64,000 bases of DNA, from the NCBI GenBank assembly GCA_047495785.1, contig JBLDXI010000034.1, positions 1,054,001 to 1,118,000 of the forward strand, read 5' to 3'. The position numbers and the translations under genes are program-made. Source of the DNA: Lepidodermella squamata. Lineage: Eukaryota; Animalia; Gastrotricha. The notes under the pieces were generated by a model. It saw only the letters and a list, made by a program, of their open reading frames with translations. It searched no databases and was not told where the DNA came from. Of this stretch, positions 13,091-22,642 are shown in pieces; position 1 is the first letter of the stretch; each line of letters starts with the position of its first letter.

Positions 13091-13663
13091 TGAGCCGTAT
13101 GCATGAGTACTGCCCGATCACTACAGTACTAAGCAGTACGGTCAGGCGTGCCGTACCGGGGTGTACAGCTAATTTCAGCTGTACAGCGAGTACAGCGCGC
13201 CGACTGTACTTTATTTTACAGTCGGTTTGAGCAGTACTGCTGTTTTACAGAGCCATGGACTGTACATTTCGGTACTGCTGAACAAAAAAAATAAGCAAAG
13301 TGCTGGTTCTTCCGCGACACGAACGATATATTGCCGGCTATTACCGAGCTTTTCCCGTGCTCTCATATAAAAACCAAATCTGCCGTGATTTTAATTTGTC
13401 GCGATTTCACGAGTTTGCTAAAACAATATTACTAGGTGATCGGAAGCAGCCGTCTGGTATGACAATAGGGCGTGAAACAAGTCTCTAAAAACATATCCGC
13501 TGTTGGTTTGAAATTATGCAAGTTTCGGACTTCCACGCATCAAGTGCGTCGACGAAGTCTCATTTTTGGACCCGGAACCGAAATACGGACCCTTCTCCTC
13601 TCGGCGACGGAACCATAGTTGTCGGCTCGTCAAGCTGCTTGTCGACTACAACCTACTGATAAT

Positions 13664-13860
13664 GGGGGAGCAAGTGGTCGAGCGGTCCAAGCACCTCACT
13701 GGCGGCGAAAAGGCACGGGTTCAATCCCCAGAACCGCAACTCTTCTACGCATTGAATGCGGCGTTTCTGGGACCGTTAATCAAGCTGACAGGAAGAAGTG
13801 TCGCCGACTACGGAGCCAAGGGCACAATCCTCGAGTGCGTACCTGCTGGTATGAAAATGG
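13664..13860 (+). mobile_element. tRNA-derived SINE
   Basis: A-box TGGTCGAGCGG (~13675) and B-box GGTTCAATCCC (~13718) at tRNA-like spacing, no proper acceptor stem, followed by an unrelated body. Confidence 0.6.
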
Positions 13861-14186
13861 TACAAAATGACGAGAAAATTCTGCTCGCGAACTGTGAGAT
13901 ATATTTTAATTTCCTGTGAAGCTCGAACCCTAACGCGCGGGTTGATTTCCAAGAGCAAAAAAGAATTTCGTGCGTGCAATTATTTTCATATATTGCCATT
14001 TTTGTCGCAAAAATCAATGATTTCTCCGTTGAGTTTCCGTACGAGATCTGCAAATTGGAAATGAATTTGAGAATCGTGAAAAAATTATTTCAATATTCAA
14101 ATTATCAGACAATTTCTCGTGGCACAGTGAAATGAAATCTACATATTAACAGTTTTATTTCCCGATTCGAATTATTTACAGGAAAT

Positions 14187-14507
14187 TCAACACTTTCTAG
14201 GCCAGTAGTAGCATCTAGAAAATAACGCTAGCGTGATCAGACCAGCCGTCGAACTGAAGGCAATACCAATCTTTCTCAGCGTGATCGATTCGTTGTACTC
14301 GTGTGTCTTTCGGTTCCTGCTGAGCCCGATGAGTAATGCCGGCAATGAGCAGCAAAACATGCCGAAAAACACTGAAATAACAGCTAAGATTAACGCCTTC
14401 TCCCTCAGCTCGTCGGATCCAGGTTGATGGAGAAGGTACTCAGGTTCATGGAAGTGAACTGTAGTAGACAAAGATTCACGCTTAGCGTTGCTATCGCTAC
14501 TACCCAT
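14187..14507 (-). CDS. small CD225/dispanin (IFITM-like) membrane protein, copy A
   Basis: LILAVISVFFGMFCCSLPALLIG...basic loop...IGIAFSSTAGLITLALF. Near-identical to 22256-22585. Confidence 0.55.
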   Translation of the reverse strand: MGSSDSNAKRESLSTTVHFHEPEYLLHQPGSDELREKALILAVISVFFGMFCCSLPALLIGLSRNRKTHEYNESITLRKIGIAFSSTAGLITLALFSRCYYWPRKC

Positions 14508-14554
14508 AATAAACCATAATTTATTATGAAGACACTTCAGTAAAGTTTTTGAGA

Positions 14555-14962
14555 CTTACTGAGCAATTTTTTGATTTCGCTGTACCCGTAAGTCGAGGCA
14601 ATTTGCAGCGCAGTCATGCAAGATTCATTCTGAACTCACTTACCAGCCATTTTCGACAGGAGTCAGTGTGCGAAGTAGGATCCGGGAGCTGAGGGGTTTT
14701 CTACCTGTTTTCTAGGCCCCAGCCGAAGAAACTAAAGGGTCCCCCTGTGGTTTTTTTGCCTTTCTCTGGTTTGAGTCCCGCAGCTGGGATGTCGCAACAC
14801 CCCAGCACCCCTTTACTTCGCACTATGACAGGAGTAAATTAACTGAGATTTAACTGAGAAATTTCTGAGATTTCCGAATCTCACTGCAGCCATTAAGAGC
14901 GTATTGCCCCCTATATCACGAGCATTCACATCCGCTCCATTCTCAGCTAGAGCCAGAGTTAA
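14555..14962 (-). pseudogene. 3' fragment of the secreted ankyrin gene, disrupted by a MITE and indels
   Basis: Homologous to 22643-22862, 5' truncated, with a hAT insertion at 14664. Confidence 0.85.
14664..14827. mobile_element. hAT-type MITE (164 bp)
   Basis: TIR CAGTGTGCGAAGTA/TACTTCGCACTATG and perfect 8-bp TSD ACAGGAGT. Empty site is visible in the paralog at 22744-22751. Second copy at 29739. Confidence 0.92.
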
Positions 14963-16159
14963 CCCCTAGCGAGTCTCACCATAGTTAAGGCGAATTGCAG
15001 TCGGGGAGGTGGTTTTTCACCCCACACACCTTTTCCCATTTTAACCGCACTATATCATCGGAAATCACCCGGAAAAAATCTGATATCATCGGGACATGTT
15101 AATCAATCAAGCTGGCTAATTTTCCCGACCTGAAAATTCGAAATGGCTTGCACAGAAAAAGTTATGTGCGCACTTGTTTTGGCCTAGTTTCCTGGCACGC
15201 ACACAGCCCACTAAAAACCCCAAAAACGCTACTCAATTCGCATTTTGCGAATACCCCTGAAGTTGAGAATTGTAACAGGGGAGTTGAGAAAATCAGCCAA
15301 AAAGACTGATTTTCAAAACTATGGCTTGAAGACCATACTGCCACCGAAATGCCACCGTGGTCCTACGGCTATGACCTCGGCAGACTCCTTTGGCAGCGTT
15401 TCGGGGCTCTGTGCCGATTATTTTGAATTGTAAATTATAAATTATAAAGCCATTGAAGTTTATGAAGATGAAACCAGTCGAAATCTTCAATCGGCCGAGA
15501 TGCCTGTTTTTGTGTTTCAAAACAGCCGCGTGTGAAAAGCTGACTTCGCTCAAGGCTGATGAAAATGTTGATTTTTGAAAACTGGTCTCAACTGATTCTT
15601 CAGAATGATAAAAGGAGATTTTCAGGGACTGTTAAGGGAGAGGCTTGGAACATGAAAATTCCATGTTGAAAGCATCTGATGCTGAAGCTATGGTGTTTGA
15701 AAAATTTGCTGAAATCAGCTGATCCGATAGGGCGATTTCGACCATTTTTGCACAACCTTCCGATGATATAGTACGGTGATGGATAGAGACAAGCAGGTTT
15801 CAAGCAGGTGATCAGCGACCCCTGTCTGATCAAATCGGCCGGGCCAGACAACAAAATGAGAATTTATCCCATTGTTTTATTAATTTTTAGAGGTTTTGAA
15901 CGTGTTTTGGTGGAAAATCTTCAAAATGTTCTCGCTTCCTTCCTTTTTTAGTTTCTGTATTTTCCAGCAAATCGCAAAAAGTGTATTGACTTGAAGAAGG
16001 ACGATTATTGGACTCACTTGTTGTTACTCAGTTTTTCTTGAGGATTTCAAATTTGCACATTTCAGACTTCTATGAGAGGTTACAGGTTACAGGTCTCGAG
16101 AGAAAAGTCTCGTGGATTCAGGTTGATTGGACAATGTTTCCGGCCGAAGCGGCCGAAGA

Positions 16160-16534
16160 CATGAGACGTACTATAGGACGCCGCGGCTTGCTGAGAATCT
16201 GAAAAAGTGTGATATTTTTAATGAGGTCCAAAGTCCAACTCGACCAATGAATCATCTCATTGCACTTTTTGCAATCATCTCAAGCCTCTTTTTTGCTTAA
16301 CAACACATCTTTACACAGCGTCACGCAGATCTTTTGCTGTAAAAGAATTCTCATCAGTTTTTAATTATTGACATTTAAAAAATTAAAATTTTATAAATTA
16401 AAATTTCTTTAATTTCGAAATTACTGGACTAAAATTTAATTCGTATGCACATTCCGATATGCACAGTCCGCGGCCCTCAAGAGGCCCATGTAACGGGAGC
16501 TTCGAAGCCGCGGCGTCCTATAGTACGTCTCATG
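16160..16534. mobile_element. P-element-like MITE
   Basis: Perfect 30-bp TIR CATGAGACGTACTATAGGACGCCGCGGCTT and 8-bp TSD GCCGAAGA/GCCAAAGA. Confidence 0.8.
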
Positions 16535-17623
16535 GCCAAAGATTGTATTTGCTTTTCAAGTTTCCTGACCGCCTAATTGAAGTAAAGACGATTTTTCATT
16601 TCTATTCCTTATTTGCGGTTTTACAATACAAAATAAAGTAATACAGTAAGTACATTCGGCGTGATTTGAGGTGACAAAAAATTCTGACGGGAAATCCGAG
16701 TTTGACGAGAAATCTAGGCATTTCCACGTACAATTTCCTTCTGCGGGTCGATGTCGCTTCTATATTTTTACATTCCCCCTATTTCCCGTCCAACGGAAAT
16801 CTGCTGATCGAGGTTCCACTGTAGCTCGATATCTTGTCACTTGTCACTGCTATTTAACAAGAAGTCATCGATTGATGACTAGACAGCCTGTAATTAGCTT
16901 CGCCTGCTAAGTAAGTAACAAATAGAAAGTAGCACGTGTCTTGTGGCTGTTTAACACAGAACTCAGCTATAAATAACAAGGCTAACGATGAAGAAGGGAA
17001 GTGGCTTTGCAAGCATGACTTGTAAATCATCACTGCCAACTGTCAAAATAGTGGATCAAATGTCTATTTTCTAAGGTCTAAGGCCAGCTTATAAGTAGTT
17101 CAAAGGACCCAAACTGCACCTTACAATAGTTCCACGCTCTTATCATTGGATTTTTTATTTTAAATGTCCTTAGTCCTAATCATATTTGCTGTATTATTGA
17201 TGTTTTTCAGAGCCTTAATTTGTTATTATGAGGGCCGTATCCTGGGCAGCTGTATCTCTCATTTGCCTCCTTAACGACACCGTGGCCTCGAAATTGCCGC
17301 CAATGGTTGAAAGTTTGTCACGTTGTTTTTGACCGTAAAGTTTTATTGCATTTCATTTGCATTTGATGCCCTTAAAGTAACTCGAGCCATGCTTTCAAAG
17401 GACGAGGCCTCTGCTCGGCAACTCGCCGCCACACTTCGCCATAGCCGCGAAGATTGTGCGATGAAGTTATGTAAGCAAGTGTTCAGCTCGTCGACAATAT
17501 GCCTATCCCAAGGCGCTTTCTACGTATGGGCGAGGATGTTGGCGAAACGACTGGCGAAAGACTGGGCGAAATGCGCATAACTTCTGGCTTCTGGGCCTGA
17601 GGTTCAATTAACTTCATCGCCTG

Positions 17624-17657
17624 CATAGAGAACGTAGTGATCACTAAGTTCTCTATG
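17624..17657. mobile_element. 34-bp P-element-like micro-MITE (TIRs only)
   Basis: Near-perfect palindrome CATAGAGAACGTAGTGATCACTAAGTTCTCTATG with 8-bp TSD ATCGCCTG/ATCACCTG. Confidence 0.75.
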
Positions 17658-18509
17658 ATCACCTGCGATCATTTGATAAACTTTTTATTCCACTTTTTAT
17701 TTCAAATCAATAAAACGAATTTGACTATTCTTTAATTGGTACTAATTTACGGAACCAGAAACTTCCCAGCTTCTTCTCTCTTCTTTTTTGGGACTTTCTT
17801 GAAATTTCTGCAATTGAACCGTGACAGTTGACCGTGAATGACATGTGAGCTTTTAATAAGTTATCCGCTTCGTTTGAGAGCAGTTTTTGTTATTGAAACT
17901 CACTTCCCGCACTCGCAATTGCATAATTCAAACTTAACAACCGCCTAGTTATCGATTCAAAGCTTGGTTTTGATTATGAAACTGTCGAGTTGGAACTAAT
18001 TTTATCAGCTGTTTCCAGCCTTAACTTGTGGCTTATGTTGTAATGCTCTTAAATCACAGACTTCTAGACAATTTCTTACGCCGACAGTTAATCAAACGAA
18101 ACCTTGCCATTCAATTAGTAAGTGACCCTTTTTATTCGTCGATGAAAAGCGTTTGAAGTCTGACAGACTACTCGGCCGTCAGGGGCCGAAAATAGTAATT
18201 TAAACCAGAGACAATGTCAATCATCCTCAACGTGGTCGACTCTTTCAATTCGTGCTGATGCGTGGAGTAATTCCGGCAACTTGCAGCATGACATGGCAAA
18301 TATCAAGACTCTCCAACCCAAACGCACACTTTATTCACTTGTAAATGAAGAAAATGGGAGAGGGAAAGTAAGACTGATTATAACAATAAAACTACAGGTT
18401 GAGAAGAGCTCAAACCAATGATCAATTAGAATTTGAAAGGTTGTCATAGTTAAACCGCTGGAACATCATATTTCATCCAAGTTGTATGAACATGGCGTGC
18501 AACCAGGCT

Positions 18510-21500
18510 TTAGGCGACAATGTTGAATGATCCGATGACGAAATCAAAGTCTAAATCCTTGTGGCGGAGCAGATAAATGTGAACAAACAAGAATACAAAA
18601 ATGCCAAATAAGAAAACGTAGAAATCAATAACACGAATCAAACCAATCCTCCCATTTAAGAACTTTCTCTGACGTCTGATTGAGGCGTTTGGATCATAGT
18701 AAGATGCAGCAATCCACAAAATCACCAGGCTGTAAATAGTCGCAGTGATGCAAAACCAAGTCAAACCTTGAACTAGCTTGCTGAGGAGAGTGTCGTAAGG
18801 CTTTTTCGGAACTTCATTCAAAATCGCACTCTGCATGACAGTCATTGTTAGAAGAACCGTGACAGAAAATGCTGCACGATCTGGTACATCTGGCGGCATC
18901 ATCAATAAGAACAAATTGAGAGAGGCGAGGGTTGATGATGGTATGGCGAAATTTTTTACGTAATACCACGGATTCCTCCGCAGCACAGCCGTAAATTTGA
19001 ATGTTGAAACGTAAAAGCCCTTGTAGAAGACTTGACCTGTCGAATTATTGGTCGAGACTAAGGTCCAGCTGTCGCCGGAATGCGAATGCTCGAACATGAA
19101 TAGTAAGGACTTTTCGTTTACACGCACAACGTTGACGTCGCGCTCAAGTGAAAATTCAAAACTGCAATTCTGGGTGTCGAATGGAAACAGATGAAGGGAT
19201 AGCTCGCAGCTAGCCTCGAATAGGCCTTCTTTTTGCCAATAAAATTCGAACGTCCGATTAATTGTTGGCACCTTCGATGACATCATCATCAAATAATCGT
19301 CATTGATGATCATGTCCCGCATTTGGAGGTTTGAGTTGGCTGCTGATAGAAAGCGGATCTTCGGTAGCCACAAATTACTGAGATTGTCAATGTGAATGGT
19401 CTCGAAGTTTCTGCCGGTTGGGAGGGCGGGCGAAGAGAACCAGGGGCATGTATTCACTCGCCAATAAAGAACCATCAGAGCTTTCACGGTTATGATTTCG
19501 TTAACTGTGTCTATTTCATTCAAACCCGTTACTTGAAAGCCAATCTTCACCTTGAGGGGAGCATCGTAATTGCGTGAATTTTCGAAATTGCGTGGTGCGT
19601 AGACTGAAGCGTTGAAATGACTACATTTCCGCTGAATAGGCGTCATATTATCGATGTAGTCGAATTGCGGGGTTTCGAAGATTGGTATCAATTTTTCGGC
19701 AATGGAGTTGCCACTTGAGTAGGTTGTATTCTCAGAGACTAATCGTCGGCCACATGCATTGCCCAAGTTGAACACTTCTTGCTTGCCTAAAGTAACGTTG
19801 TAGAAATAGAAACAAGCAAATTGTGTGTCTTCCGATCGAGGAAGTGGACGAATTCCGTCTCCGAAGCCAATGCCTATGTTCATCGAAAGTTTTTCTATGA
19901 AAACGTCACTTGGCGTCTCTCTGATGAATAAGCAGCGATCTGAAACATGATGATTACATGATAATTTATGCGAAATTGTGTTCAGATATTTCACCATCTC
20001 TTTTTAGCATTAACTTATATAGACGTGAATAAAGCTTACTATGATTAGTGATTAGCGCCAGTGCGCGAAGTGGGTTCCCTGAACTTGAGGTATTTCCGGC
20101 CAAAATTTATGAGCAAAGGGTTTTTTGGGATTTACACCTTATTTTCGTGGATTGAAGAAATTATTCAATTTCCCCCGGTACGCAATGATTTGCGCCTTCT
20201 TCATCGTCGTATTTCGCCTGTGTGGTAATAATTTAATTTAATTAGCTCACCTGATGATTGAAGTTCCAATTCTTCGTTGTCCGAAAGTGTGTGCAGCGAG
20301 CAGCTTCTTGCAAGGGCGTTATTATAAGTGATTGCAAAAAACTTCCAGGTTTTAAGTCGATCATCATTATCATATTGCACCCAAATCGATTTGTCTTCCC
20401 CATAGGCGAAATCTTTCATTGTTAACCCGGTATCTGCTATGGGGGCGAAAACGACACGCGGCTTGTTGGCACTCATATGACAGAAAACCGTGAGTAAAAC
20501 AAGAATAGTAATTAAGTCCTTGCCACTTTCACATGCTGCTATTTTGATGTAGAATGCGAACGTGAAGGCAGTGCGCGGCCGTGGCAGGCCGTCGTAAGCA
20601 ACCACACCACCAAATTTATTGATGTTACCATCCAGGGTCCTATTCAACGCAATGCTACCCTGCGCATAGGGTCCTCCGAATTGAATCCGCTTCGCGTTGT
20701 AAGAGCTGGGTTGGCGAGGCACGATGACTTCACCAGTCCCGTCCCAGCCGAACAGATTCGAATCGAAAGAAAGCGGCCAAAATCCGATGAGATTCTCCCG
20801 GCGTGGGATCTCCGTCATGTCTATTCCTTCGATTTTGCCTATCATTGCTTTAGCTGCGTTCCGGCACGGTGTGAGAAACAACGCCTTCACCTCAACCTCA
20901 GTTAAGGCAGCTCTGTAAAACGAAACACAGGATACTCGATATTCTTGAAAACCATATTCCCTTCCTCCAATTAGGAATTCTCCTATTGTCTCGTTCATGT
21001 TTATTTGTTCTTCCATTGTGAAATCTTTGCGTGACAGCTTGTGATCTGTAGTATTTATTTCATAGAAAACCAAATTTCTCGTCGAGTCGTCGTAAGTGAC
21101 AGCTGTCATGCGGCTATCGACGCCGTCCCTATTGCACGTGTGACCCGGTTGCCGCGTATACGAATCTGTTTTTAAACGAATGGTAGTTACTATCGCGCAG
21201 TACAGCGTGAATAAGTATCCGAAGCGAATCGAGCCGAATGGGCCGTCAGCGTGCACAGAAACCGTGAACGAACTCGTGAATGAACCTGATATTGAATAGC
21301 TCGCGATTCTCTCCGCTTTCGTCGATGAGTAGTAACCAGTATTTACCGCATTGTTCATGCTGAACTCAACTGAACTACCTAATGTTAGCGGCTGAAGCTC
21401 TCTGCTTTCTCCCGTGTATCCAGTAAGGCCGGAGTACGCGTCCAAAGGCCAGAAGGCGACCAGTTTGTCCAAGCGGGGCAGTTCGACACGGGTGACATCA

Positions 21501-21556
21501 AAGCCGGTAGCGCATGCAAAAATGGAGCTGGCGAAGAAAATCGCGTTGTGTTTCAT
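18510..21556 (-). CDS. LamG/pentraxin-like x2 + Cys-loop ligand-gated ion channel, copy 2, complete, 911 aa (exons 21556-20251, 19939-18510)
   Basis: Signal peptide. Donor CAG|GTGAGC at 20250 and acceptor TTTCAG| at 19940 are both phase 1. WLPKI motif, C-x13-C loop with FPFD, M1 YYVKNFAIP, M2 PDRAAFSVTVLLTMTV, M3, short loop, M4. Confidence 0.9.
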
Positions 21557-21823
21557 GGAGCTGCAATCGCGAAAATCAGTAAAACCAACAAAATGACGAG
21601 AAAAACCTGCTCACGAACTGTGAGATGTATTTTAATTTCCTGTGAAGCTCGAACCCTAACGCGAGGGTTGATTTCCAAGAGCAAAAAAGACCTGTGTTTG
21701 GCGAATTTCGTGTGTGCAATTATTTTCTTATATTGCCATTTTTATCGCAAAAATCAATGATTTCTCCGTTGAGTTTCCGTACGAGATCTGCAAATTGGAA
21801 ATGAATTCGAGAATTGTAAAATT

Positions 21824-22139
21824 TGGTCCCCCACAAAGCAGCACGAAGCACTAAACAGTCCCTCCAGCAGGCGCTCAGGCTTAGCCTCTGATTTTCAATT
21901 AATGGACTAACCAAAAGTTAGTAAAATGAGTCATGAAAACTCTGCAATGTAGCTCAGACCTCAATTTGGGCCAAAAATTGTTTTTTGAAAATTTATAAGC
22001 CGGGTTCTTAAAGTTACTATGAGCCCATATTCAGCAAATTTCGCAGCTTTTGTCTTAATTAATTCGATTTACTGTTGCGTGGCGTGAGCACCGCTATTTG
22101 GGTTTATCCGCTTTGAAGCCTTCTGCTATGTGGGGACTC
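21824..22139. mobile_element. MITE
   Basis: Inverted ends GTCCCC(C)ACAAAGCAG / CTGCTATGTGGGGAC. Absent from the duplicate at about 14080. Confidence 0.65.
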
Positions 22140-22255
22140 TTTTCCAATCATTCCAATATTCAAATTATCAGGTAGCTTCTCGTGGCACAGTGAAACAGTT
22201 TAACAGTTCTACATTTTAACAGTTTTATTTCCCGATTCGAATTATTTCAGGATTT

Positions 22256-22585
22256 TCAACACTTCCTAGGCCAAAAATAGCATCTAGAAAATAATGCTAG
22301 CGTGATCAGACCAGCCGTCGAACTGAAGGCAATACTAATCTTACTCAGCGTGATCGATTCGTTGTACTCGTGTGTCTTCCGATTCCTGCTGATTGCGATT
22401 AGTAATGCCGGCAATGAGCAGCAAAACATGCCGAAAAATACCGAAATAACAGCTAAGATTAACGCCTTCTCCCTCAGCTCGTCGGATCCAGGTTGATGGA
22501 GAAGGTACTCAGGTTCATGGAAGTGAACTGTAGTAGACAAAGATTCACGCTTAGCGTTACTATCACTACTACCCCGGTGATCCAT
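22256..22585 (-). CDS. small CD225/dispanin (IFITM-like) membrane protein, copy B
   Basis: Two hydrophobic segments, FCC motif, ORF preserved in both duplicates. Confidence 0.6.
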   Translation of the reverse strand: MDHRGSSDSNAKRESLSTTVHFHEPEYLLHQPGSDELREKALILAVISVFFGMFCCSLPALLIAISRNRKTHEYNESITLSKISIAFSSTAGLITLALFSRCYFWPRKC

Positions 22586-22642
22586 AGTAAAAAAAACGAG
22601 AATTTATACGAATTTATTATAATAAAGCTCTTCAGTAAAGTT

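Larger units (their letters stand above)
7906..13325 (+). mobile_element. Sola1-type autonomous DNA transposon, 5420 bp
   Basis: 29-bp TIR CGTTCGTG(G/T)CGCGGAAGAACCAGCACTTT, TSD ATAT (7902-7905, 13326-13329; AWWT is the Sola1 target), GTACAG-rich subterminal regions, spliced DDD transposase inside. Confidence 0.88.
2982..13567. mobile_element. possible Helentron-associated (HINE/DINE-like) non-autonomous element hosting two Sola insertions
   Basis: 5' end has a duplicated ~48-bp unit with a GGGGAACCCC hairpin followed by a (TTTG)n microsatellite. 3' end has the stem-loop GACTTCCACGCATCAAGTGCGTCGACGAAGTC followed by a T-run. Pairing of the two ends is inferred. Confidence 0.35.
13861..14962. 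repeat. segmental duplicate of ~21588-22862 (channel-gene upstream region, CD225-like gene, ankyrin 3' end)
   Basis: Collinear high similarity by eye. The copies differ by MITEs at 14664 and at about 21824. Confidence 0.9.

Noticed and set aside
13664-13740. tRNA gene
   Set aside because: A and B boxes are present but there is no closing acceptor stem or terminator; better explained as a SINE head.
14959-17605. piggyBac-like element starting TTAA|CCCC
   Set aside because: No convincing matching right TIR or TTAA, and no transposase; boundaries unsupported.
19940-19997. MVKYLNTI... as the true N-terminus of a stand-alone channel
   Set aside because: No signal peptide, not conserved in copies 1 and 3; homology starts exactly at the AG acceptor.
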